Below, piece by piece: positions 23,108 through 32,683 of a DNA stretch of 32,683 bases (positions are counted from its first letter, which is position 1; the number at the start of each line of letters is the position of its first letter). The notes under the pieces are model-generated. The model searched no databases. It saw only the letters and a program-made list of their open reading frames with translations, and was not told the DNA's origin. The translations under genes were made by a program, and so were the position numbers. This stretch comes from a bacterium (GTDB lineage: Bacteria; SAR324; NAC60-12). The stretch is from the NCBI GenBank assembly GCA_965233585.1, contig CBDDTI010000389.1:1-32683 (forward strand), written 5' to 3'.

Positions 23108-23300
23108 GGCTTCATAGCTCAGTTGGTAGAGCATTGCACCGGTATTCACGGAGGTCACAGGTTCGAATTCCGTTGAAGCCCTGATTCTTTCAGGCTTCTC
23201 TTTCCAATTGCTTAAATTGGAAAATTCACGGCAATGATCATTCTTTATTTTCATCTACAACTGCAGTTCAAACATGAATTATTTCATATATTCTTCACAA
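23108..23300 (+). mobile_element. tRNA-derived SINE in intron 2; a tail fragment also at ~22550-22612
   Basis: Stem GGCTTCA/TGAAGCC, A-box TAGCTCAGTTGG, B-box GGTTCGAATTCC, repeated tail. Confidence 0.75.
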
Positions 23301-23711
23301 GAGAGAGAGAGAAGTGAAATTTTTTAAAGACACTGTAGAATTGCTGTCCAAACATCAATTTTAGTATTTTTAAGCCAAAACAAACATGACTTTCTCATTT
23401 TGAGAATAATACATATGTACCTGATCATGTTCTACCAGTGAATGAACAACAGTGTTGGTTTCCCTATTTGTTATGTACAAGGTTGTTTTTCTATATCTCA
23501 TTGTTATTGAATTGATTGTGCCATGTAATTACGATGTTCTGGGTAGTGCCGATAAAGAGATTAGAAGAGAGGAAGACAAGGCAAATTTCTACCTGTTAAT
23601 TTATTTTTGATCTGCAACAATGTTGGCAAAAATACTACACTAACAAAGCATGTTCATATATAGAGCTCAATAATATTCATTAATTAATGTTGTGTTTTCA
23701 TTTCCCATCAG

Positions 23712-23864
23712 TGCATCCTTGCCGATGTAGAGAACAAGGTGCTTTATAGAACAGATGATCTGGTCAAGTTTGAAGCCCAAAAAGTTTTGTGGGTGCCATC
23801 ATATCTCACGTTCCATCCTTGGGATAGAAACTTTGTCTTGGGATATGACAAGCTAGCTGAAAAG
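23712..23864 (+). CDS. SORL1: SORL1-like exon 3
   Basis: CILADVENKVLYRTDD...LTFHPWDRNFVLGYDK; AG/GT bounded, 51 codons. Confidence 0.8.
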
Positions 23865-24168
23865 GTACTATAACATTACATTCAAACCAAGTGAAGTGTA
23901 CCCCTCAAGATTGCATTAATGAACTGATTATTTGAAACTTGAGCCTGCTAGTTTCAAGAATGCAATAATGAATTGATTATTCAAATATTGAACTCTCTCG
24001 TTCAATCCAAGTATAGGGCTAACGAGTTCTGTTTTCGAAAAATCAATTCACCATTGCATTCTAGAAAAGACTAGTTGGTTTGAAGCCTGCTAGTCACAAC
24101 AGAGAATTGATTTTTTTTTTTACGCTTCACCTGGTTTAACTGTAATTTTAGCAAATGAAAACTAATTA

Positions 24169-24320
24169 CAGTGGAACTCTGTTATCTGCTTACCATTAGG
24201 CCACAAAAATCTGGGGCTATTAAAGGGGTTCTTTAAATAAGAAAATGACTTGCTGAGCTTTCATTTGGGCAAGAATAAAGTGGTCGTGATAACAGGGCGG
24301 CCATGAGCCAGGCTTTCACT
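24169..24320. repeat. Degenerate MITE; related copy at ~30389-30540
   Basis: Both start cagtggaa and share tattaaagggg...aaataagaaaatgact. Confidence 0.55.
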
Positions 24321-25729
24321 TTCACATATGAGGTGAGGTCGGTTACACTGGTCTGAGTTTACAGTCTGTTATACAAAAAAAGACAGATCTCTGCCTGTAC
24401 CTTTCTGTTTTTTGGTCCATCATCTGGTTTTGTTGTTTCACTCTAGCTTTAATTTCTTGCTGCTTGTGTTTCTGATTCGTTTTGAAGAGGACTGATTAAA
24501 GAGAGTTTTACATCAATCTGTAAAACGCAGTTAATGGAACATGACGCCTTTTGCCTTGTGGGGCTTTGTTTGTATTGTACTTTGAACTCGGTGCTTGGTA
24601 CTGTAATGCACCATTGTATTCTTTGTCTAGACATTTATCTGTAGTCCTATCTTGGTATGTCGCGATTCCATCTGGATACTAGTTATTTGGCCCTTTCTGT
24701 ATGGTTAAATCTTCTAAATACCCCATTCATGTCTCTAGCACGTACATAGCACAAGCCTGGTAATTAGCTCAGGCATTGAACACTGTCCAGGTATAAAACA
24801 CTGCGTAAAAGGTTTTAACTTACTTTTCTAATGCAATTGTTAGCTCGCTGTTAAGCTGTGTAAATTTTTCCCTCCCTCCCCCCCTTTGGAGGCCATGTTG
24901 TTAATAAACAAGGGACACCAATCGTTGGTTGCACTTTGGTTAAGTCTGCGTAGCGACCTCCTCAGGCTAAGTTCTCTAGTATCATTTTTTCCGTGTTTTA
25001 ATTGTATTGACCTGCCAATATTCCAGTCTGACCCAGCAGCGCTGGTGAGATAGGTGAGGCACAAGAGGTCATTTCAGTTACTCTAGTTTTGGGACCTGCC
25101 AATACTCTTCTCGGAGTGGCACTGCTGGCCTAGCTGTGCTGCTGTTGCAGCGCATTGTTGTGTTTTGTTGTTGTTGGCCTAGGTGCAGCTGGAAGTGCCA
25201 GAGAAGTGAGGCCTCAAAATGGTCATGCAATAGAAGTCACCTCTCATGCAATCACCAAGCGGTGTTTCCCCCTTATTTACACCAATATGTCTGTTGTCAT
25301 TACTTTAGTTAATTCCATAGTTGGGTAGAGTTCCATGTAGTTCAAATCTTAACTGGTACAGTGACATTAAACTTAATACTTGTAAGTGTTACATGTACAT
25401 GTAATTTTGTCTGTGGCATCAGGTTCTCTGTTCAGTACTTCTTGAAAGTGGAAACTGGCACAGAAGTTCAATTTTCTGATAATTTATTTATCACATTTAT
25501 TTCTTTGTTCTTTGTGTCCTATATAGTGACAAAAAATGCCTGTCATGCATATCTGTGTCGATTTTTATATGAATTAAACTGTTATCATGCCACCACTACT
25601 TGTGTAATATCTGTAACAATGCTTATATTACCACTTTTGCAATAGTTTTGTTCTTTTTATCTCTTTACCTTGTAACAGAAAGCTGTTTGTTCAGAAGCCA
25701 GTATTGATTGTGTATAATATTTTTTACAG

Positions 25730-25797
25730 CTCTACTTGTCAAAAGACTCCGGAAAAAAATTTAATCCAGTGCAGGGTGAAGTGAAGTCATTTAATTG
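25730..25797 (+). CDS. SORL1: SORL1-like exon 4
   Basis: LYLSKDSGKKF (Asp-box)...VKSFNW; donor GTGAGT, phase 2. Confidence 0.85.
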
Positions 25798-27169
25798 GTG
25801 AGTGTTGCTTGTAGTGTTGGTCATTAAAGAAACAGTGCAGAGACAATTCCTCTTTCACCTATAGTTGTATTATTGCGTTCGTCAAAGAACGCTCTCATAA
25901 TGCAGTCAAAATCGACATTCTTGGAATTTTTGAGGTGTATTCATTGTTACAAATTTGGTCCCCCCTGAAAAACTTTTCAGGGGCGAAATTATTGAGTGCG
26001 AATGACGTAATTTCCATCGAGCACGTGCTTTGTTCCCAGCAGGAGTCGACTTTTTTTGCCTTGCGTCTTGGTGTGCTTCGTTGTCGAGTTTGACCTTCTC
26101 TTCGTGTTTAGTGTGCTTTCTTGTCGAATTCTGGACTGTGCTTCCTTGTTTATTTATGTTCACGAACACGATTGCCTATGCTTTCCGATGTTAACCGTGG
26201 AAACAGCTTTATTTGATTGCATTTGTTGACTTAGTTCCAGTCGCGATAGAAAAGGTCAGTCTTATCCGGTCGAATACTGTTTGGAATCAGTGGAAGAGTA
26301 CTCAGAGTGCACGATCCATAAGGGTGAACCTGAACCACGGAAAGGAAATGTAAATACTGTCTACTTTATTAATCAGGCCAGGGCAAATACTCGTCAGACG
26401 CACGGAGTTTATTTACGATGAAGGCATGGGATTGCAAATGGTTACTTATATTTGAGCTTCCTGCGTAGAATAATGTTCGTAAAAATATACTTTTACAGAT
26501 TAGCTTGTACGCTTAAACATTACAAGTTAAAGTGAGAATATTTAGCACGAAATTTGTAGGCTGATGTAAATATCTTAGTCGTGAGTCTACGGAAACTGGT
26601 GCCGTCATGCAACGTAGTTTGTACCGTGACCTCTTCAATCAGAATAGCATGGACTTCGTCACTGAATATCTTGTGTAAAAACCCGGTTGCTGATGAAAAC
26701 TTTTTGATTTTAGTAATAGACAGAGGTTGAAAGTCAGACAGGTAAATCATTTAAGGTATCTGTATTAAAGTTACAGCGTCGAACTCACTCTCATAATCTT
26801 TGATTACTACTAGTTAATTAGTATACATCTACTTGCATTCTATCATGATTGCATTCTCTGATTGGCTACACTACTCACTATGTACATTTGTATTCTGTGA
26901 TAGTTAGTGAGTAGCATAGCAGTGTGCCCTTGTTAACAAAATGGTGGCCGCTTCTTGGTGTTTTTGAAGTGTCTGTGAGGAGTATTTTGATAATTGAAAG
27001 TTTCGCATATTTATACTAAAAGAATGAGATTATCTAAATGTACTCTTCAATGATTTCAATGCATGATAGTTGACTTGGGCTATGCCCTTGTCAGCTATCA
27101 CTCAATAGAAATCTCGAGCTTGTATTCTAATTGTTAAATAGAAACTTTGTGTTGTGTTTTGTTTTCTAG

Positions 27170-27240
27170 GGGCTTTCAAGGCCTTGATTCATCAGACGTA
27201 TTTTTTGTTGAGATTTATCAAAAGCCTCTTCAACAACGAC
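27170..27240 (+). CDS. SORL1: SORL1-like exon 5
   Basis: (W)GFQGLDSSDVFFVE; phase 2 in, phase 1 out; GTGAGT donor. Confidence 0.8.
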
Positions 27241-27459
27241 GTGAGTATATTTAGGACAACTTTTAATAAGAATTGAGTGGCATAGTGCTATACCTCAGAG
27301 CTTGAACTATTCGTTTGTATAGATATATGACTGTGCATGGGAAAACGTACCTTAACACTTATCTGGTAAACTGTCACTAACAGATGAAAAGCTAATGGAT
27401 AGTTAACGGGCTTTGCATCATTCTAACATTTTGTCCCAACATTCTAACAGTTACATGTG

Positions 27460-27795
27460 CTGTAAAAACCCACGACTAAGAACCTAAAAATTAAGAACTT
27501 CTTAGCCTAAAATTGGTCATTTATACCCCCTATAAACAAGAACCTACTTAGCCTAAGAAATTTAAAACAAGTTCTTTATTTTTGTTTAAAAATGTTTTTT
27601 AAAGAAAAATGAGTGCAAGATATGCAGATTTACAAAGCATACTAATGATGACCAACTTGAACTGTGTTTTAATTGTTTCTTTTTTTCTCCAGGATTAAGA
27701 ACCCATTTTAAGAACCTAAATAGCCTAAAATTTTGTTAACTACCATTTATGTAAGAAACTGTTTAGGCTAACACCAAAAAATATAGGTTTTTACT
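27460..27795. mobile_element. MITE with short TIRs and internal aagaacct/tagcctaa repeats
   Basis: ctgtaaaaacc ... ggtttttactg(ta). Confidence 0.6.
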
Positions 27796-28359
27796 GTATC
27801 TGATTGTGCCTAACAAATGATCAAAGCATTCTAACGCCTTCTCCTAATGTTCTAACAGCTAACTGAGTATGCCTAACGGCTGACTGAAGCTGTTTAATGG
27901 TTGTCTAACAGTTTACATCTGAAGACTTTAATGAATGATTAGCATAGCTTTCAGTCTAATGTTGTAAATACATATGAACTACATGTACGCATACACACAT
28001 ATAATATTATGTGCATATTCTGCTATACACACGTGTGCAAGTTGTTTGCAAAATATTTATTGTCTTCATTACTCCCTACTGAATCTTTGTCAAAACTGGA
28101 ATGATATCTACATTTTTTGGGACAAATTGTTCATTCTAGCGGTTACACTCTAGAGTTTTTATCACAGTTTCCATGACACACAGCGTCCAATAATTATTGA
28201 AGACCTTCCTGCAAGAAGGGTGCATATTGCTTTTTGGGTCGATTTTGTTTTTTTGTAGGATCAAGCTAATTTTTGGCAGACTGACTTGTTTTTGACCTGA
28301 AAAGCTTTGTTCCACAATTGTTTTTGTTTAGCAGGCCAATATGCCAATTGAAAGCTTAT

Positions 28360-28597
28360 CCCAGTTTTCTAGGAGTGTTACGACTCCCCCCTCCACCCGG
28401 ATGGGATGCTTGTCCATCACAGGGTTACCACCCAGCATTAAATTCACAGGCACCAATTAATACACCTGGTTGGGGAGAGGCACTGTGAGGGTAAAGTGGC
28501 TTGCCCAAGAACACAACACAATGTCCCAGGCCAGGGCTAGAACCCAGGCTGCTCAATCTAGGGTCGAGAGGCCTAACCATGAGGCCACCTGGCCTCC
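28360..28597 (-). mobile_element. tRNA-derived SINE
   Basis: Minus strand ggaggccaggtggcctcatggttagg...gggttctagccctggcc (A/B boxes), then ttcttgggcaag body. Confidence 0.7.
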
Positions 28598-28824
28598 TGG
28601 CCTCCTCCCTTAGTTTAGGGCCTTGGATAAAATAAGCTCATAGCTGGTTTAGTTACACTTGTACTACACAAAAACTGATACCAATAAATTGTAGAAAAAC
28701 AAGACAAAAATAAGGCACAATGACTAATAATTGGACAATTTTCCTGGCATTCTTTGCTACAAATTGCATTGAAACTCAAATTTGTTCCAGTATGCCTTAA
28801 TCCATTGTCGCTTTTTACTTGTAG

Positions 28825-28946
28825 TTAAAACCCGAGATAGCAGAACTAAAGTAATCAAGGTGGATAGCAAAGGAAACAAAACACTTGCAACTAATGTGGA
28901 GGAATTTGAAATGATGAAAAACTACATGTTCATTACTACAAGAATG
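28825..28946 (+). CDS. SORL1: SORL1-like exon 6
   Basis: NVEEFEMMKNYMFIT; phase-consistent AG/GT sites. Confidence 0.8.
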
Positions 28947-29014
28947 GTTAGTGGAGAGTGTCTGATGGTTTGTCGGGAACAGTTAGAAATTTATGTTCGT
29001 CTTTGTTGTGGCCA

Positions 29015-29160
29015 TTTATTAAATCAAAGTGAGGAGGACAAGCCACCCCTAGTGAATCAGCAATGCATAGTGTATTGTTTTAAATGTGACCTGTGTGATG
29101 CAGGTTATGTCATGTATACTTGTTGCCACCTTAACCAACCAATTAAAGAACACAAAGGAT
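29015..29160 (+). pseudogene. Penelope-like element GIY-YIG endonuclease remnant in intron 6
   Basis: KPPLVNQQCIVYCFKCDLCDAGYVMYTCCHLNQPIKEH (VY..C..C...YVG.T...L..R..EH pattern, degenerate). Confidence 0.7.
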
Positions 29161-29546
29161 GAAAAAACATCTGGAAACTAAATTGAGCGTCCAACCTCCT
29201 CCTCTCCCTCCCCCCCGCCCCCTCCCTTGCCTTAAGTAGAGTAATGCAAAAGTTCTGACGGTTTGAGCATGAGATTTCATTGTTTTGTACTGGACATTTG
29301 ATTGGCTGGATTTGAAAATGTTGAAATCTACAGTTTCAGTTCTGCTATCTGATTTTCAATGTTCTATTTAAAGATCTAAAAACAGTATTAATCTAGATCA
29401 GTTCTTTAAGCTTAGTAGTAGTAGTATTGTATTTTGATTTAATCCGGCAGAAACATATTTGTGCTAATTTCATATATTGTTTACTCAAAGTGGTTGAAAC
29501 ATAACAATTTTCTATCCATAGTTTTTATTGCAAAATCGATGTCTAA

Positions 29547-29804
29547 AGGCCGGGACACACGATGTGATAAATAGCTGCGACACGTCGCCGCGACATGTTG
29601 TTGCTACAAATCGCCTCATGTGACATGTGAAAATGATTGTGGCTGCGACAGAATTTTGTCGCTGCGATCTGTTGCACAAATTCAAACTGGTTTAAATTCG
29701 TGCAATATATCGCAGCGACAAACTAAGTACAAGCGACTTGTCGCAGCAGCAGTGCAGACAAGGCGACTTGTCGCCGCGATTTGTCGCATCATGTGTCTCG
29801 GCCT
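29547..29804. mobile_element. PIF/Harbinger-type MITE
   Basis: ~40 bp TIRs aggccg.gacaca.gatg.ga.aaat.gc.gcgaca.gtcgcc; TAA on both sides. Confidence 0.8.
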
Positions 29805-29871
29805 TAAGAAATTAGTTATCAAAATTTTATTGAGTATGCACTTCTCAAGTTTACGTCTTGTTTCTCCATAG

Positions 29872-29964
29872 GACCCTAAGGCCAAAAACCCTATCTTGCA
29901 AATTGTAAAAGATCGCAATTATCCCTTCAAGAATACGTCATTTCCATCAAATGAAGAAAGCAGA
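29872..29964 (+). CDS. SORL1: SORL1-like exon 7
   Basis: DPKAKNPILQIVKDRNYPFKNTSFPSNEESR; GTAAGT donor. Confidence 0.8.
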
Positions 29965-30628
29965 GTAAGTGAAATACTGCCCATATAACTTTGTAAAACA
30001 ACTGCTCTACCCCACAAATAAGGAGAGCAAGGGGTTTTCAAAAACAAATAGGTGATGTTTTCAAGGAAGTAAGTTAGGTACAACACGTTTTTACCTAGTT
30101 TACACAGGGACCCAACTCTCCTCAACCACTTCCTTGCCTCAAGACTAATTAATTGATTGATATTGATTGATTAATTAATTTATTTAACATTAAGTTGACA
30201 TGTTATTGCCTTAGACCTTAGTACCCCCAAACCACTCCAATAGGACACTTGGCACTAATACACTTTTGATCAGATTTTCAGACAATGAACTTGCACTTGA
30301 GGTTTGAACATTTTATGCCATCTGTGATCAATATGAGAGTGTTTATAGACCATAAAGAAAGTGCTGTCAATTTGTAAGTAATCTTCTGCAGTGGAATCCT
30401 GTTGATCCAGTCACCAGTGGGCTGCAAAATCTGGCCAAATTTACAGGGTGGTGTATTAAAGGGGATTGTAAAATAAGAAAATGACTGGCTGAGGTTAAGC
30501 CAGAACAAAGTGGCTGGTACAAATGAGGTGGCTGTAAGGTGGAAAAATAATGTTCTGTGATAAAGTTCATTATAATTTCGCCATCTTTTCTTCCACCACA
30601 ACATAATTTCTTTGATCTCGTTCTACAG

Positions 30629-30798
30629 GACTTTTTCGTGTTTGATGTGGTCGAAGATCATGTTTTTGTGGTCATCAACCACTTGAGGAATCTGTCAAAT
30701 ATGTATGTGTCAGACATGAGTGGCCTCAAATACCAACTGTCCTTACCAAGAGTTTTATATCATAATCCATTCACAAATGTTTCATCTCCTTGGCTCAG
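30629..30798 (+). CDS. SORL1: SORL1-like exon 8
   Basis: DFFVFDVVEDHVFVVINH...NMYVSDMSGLKYQLSLPRVLY resembles the SorLA VPS10 segment. Confidence 0.9.
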
Positions 30799-32126
30799 GT
30801 ATGGAAGTTACAAATTAATTTTTTAAAATCAAATACAATTTCTTGTTTATTCCAGAGAAGTTGATCATACCTACTTTCATTTTAATGCACACTTTCGTAG
30901 CAAATATGAGATACATTTGTAAGGCCAATGAGGGAAGTTTGCTTCCTAGACTTGCTGTAAAAATGAGCTTTTATTTGAGCATTGCTGTTCTCAATTCTTT
31001 CAAAGGGATGCTGATAGTTTTCTAGTGCTGACCAAAACTGTACCAGCAAAGCTACTTGTTAGAGTCAAAATTTTATTGAACAAAGTATCCCATTACACTG
31101 GAATAACAAATGAAATCTATGATAAAGTTAAAATGGTCATTATGTCACAAGCATGGGACAGAGGAAAAATCTGAGTACCTAACAGTTGTCAAACCCAACA
31201 CCTGACAGATGCTGCTCAGGTGGTCTAATCTCTGAACTTCTGAGAGACTGTTGATTGTAATGAACAGTGGTACTTCAGGACTATGAGAACAGAGATCCAC
31301 ATTGTACCCGGATGCTTATCTTGTTGCATACATAATGGAACTTGGATCTTGTTTTTCAAAGCTGTGTTTATCCGAATCCATCGTGCTCTTTAAACAAGAA
31401 TATTGCAATGGTGATTAATGCCGTTTTTTAGATTCATCATTGATCCTTCTACATGTACCTGCGTGTCCCTCGTCTAAGACGTATAAATTTCCGAAAAGAT
31501 GCACAAATTTAGTCAATGCAGTTGGACGCAAAAGATTATGATTACGGCTTATGGCTTTTCCTCTCTTAACAGGGCATCTGACAGTATGCGGCGATATGGA
31601 TCCGCATAATTTGCTAATATCCGCATCCGCATGATCAGAGCTTTTTCTTATAAAACAGAACAAATGTGCCATATAGCAATAAAGCAGCTTCCTTACAACC
31701 CCAAAAGCAAAACTTCCAAAGAGATTGGTTGTTTTGAAGAAGTTTTTCTCCCGAAACAGCAACAAAAACACACCAGTTCATTTGTGACGAATCTTTAACC
31801 TCCAGGCCTTTGACTGGAGAGCCTTGAAACTAGTTTAGGACGTTCCGCAAACGCAGCCACGCATTCTGCACAGGAAATGAGGTAAAATGTTGTACAGGAC
31901 TCAATCTTTTGTCTGAGGGACTCACAGGATTTTGGCTGTGTGAGTCCCTAGACTCACTACTACCTACTTCTAGATGGATCACTGCTATGTGACATGCATC
32001 CTGTATACTACAGCAAGGAAACTGTGAAATGTACAATGGAGTCTAAATTGCACATTCTAATCGTTAAGGTTATACAAACACTGTAATTCATCGTAAGTTC
32101 AATGAAATTATTTTTTTCTCTTGTAG

Positions 32127-32325
32127 AAGCGTGATACCTTATGCATTTGTTGACGTGGACAGAATCAAATCCATGCGTGGTATTTACATCGCTACCCAGT
32201 TGACGCCTGGTCCAGTGGGCAAGAGACATTTGCTAACGCTTATCACTTACAACAGAGGTGGAAAATGGCAACGGGTTCGTTCTCCAACTGTGGATAATCG
32301 TGGTGTCAGAATTAACTGTTATTTG
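32127..32325 (+). CDS. SORL1: SORL1-like exon 9 (gene continues beyond window)
   Basis: FVDVDRIKSMRGIYIATQ...LITYNRGGKWQRVRSP...RINC; phase 2 in. Confidence 0.9.
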
Positions 32326-32683
32326 GTGGGTATTGCTGTGTTAATAACATACTTATCAGTACTGTTGACAAGAAAGATAGGTGCAATGTGCAGTTGATGT
32401 AGCAGCACTGTTATTGCATGTTGGAATTTTTAAGCCTTGTTGTTAGAGCAATAGAGCACTCTTGCCACATTTACGTAGCCTCATCTAAACAGGAGGTAGG
32501 TCTGGAGAATTCCAGAGAGATACACAGACCCGAGATGCAGTTGAGAAAGTGTTGTGTCTGAGGTTAAACAAAGTCAAGTAATCCAGTTGGCTGGAGCTTG
32601 TCATAGTTGCTTTAGTTTAACGAATTGGAATATTTCTACTCCCCTGTGGATGCTACAGTGATCTATTGCATGTTCTTCACAGC

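Noticed and set aside
23108..23180. Possible tRNA gene
   Set aside because: Anticodon arm is irregular and it continues into a tail repeated at ~22550; better explained as a SINE head
21424..32126. Many 60-126 aa ORFs in the host region
   Set aside because: Intronic or repeat-derived, or exon read-through into introns; no independent coding signal

Overview
Eukaryotic (animal) genomic DNA in two distinct parts. (1) 1-~16.7 kb is a mobile-element cluster: an intact-looking DIRS-type tyrosine recombinase ORF, an internally deleted CRE-like (restriction-like endonuclease) non-LTR retrotransposon, and an endogenous Polinton/Maverick (adintovirus-like) virus starting at an AGTAGT terminus (6155). 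The virus encodes a zinc-ribbon protein, a phage-tail-fibre-like collagen/LamG protein, minor and major capsid proteins (the major one interrupted by a LINE), a pX/core-like protein with several adenain sites, a nonsense-split packaging ATPase, an orphan ORF, and one ORF fusing an adenain cysteine protease to a DDE integrase-chromodomain through an adenain-type site (LTGG). No pPolB or right TIR is visible. (2) ~16.7-32.7 kb is AT-rich host DNA dense in MITEs and SINEs, with a complete minimal type I hammerhead ribozyme and the first nine coding exons of a SORL1-like VPS10-domain receptor gene. The repeats look coral/cnidarian-like (inference from recollection). All calls come from motif reading, not database searches.
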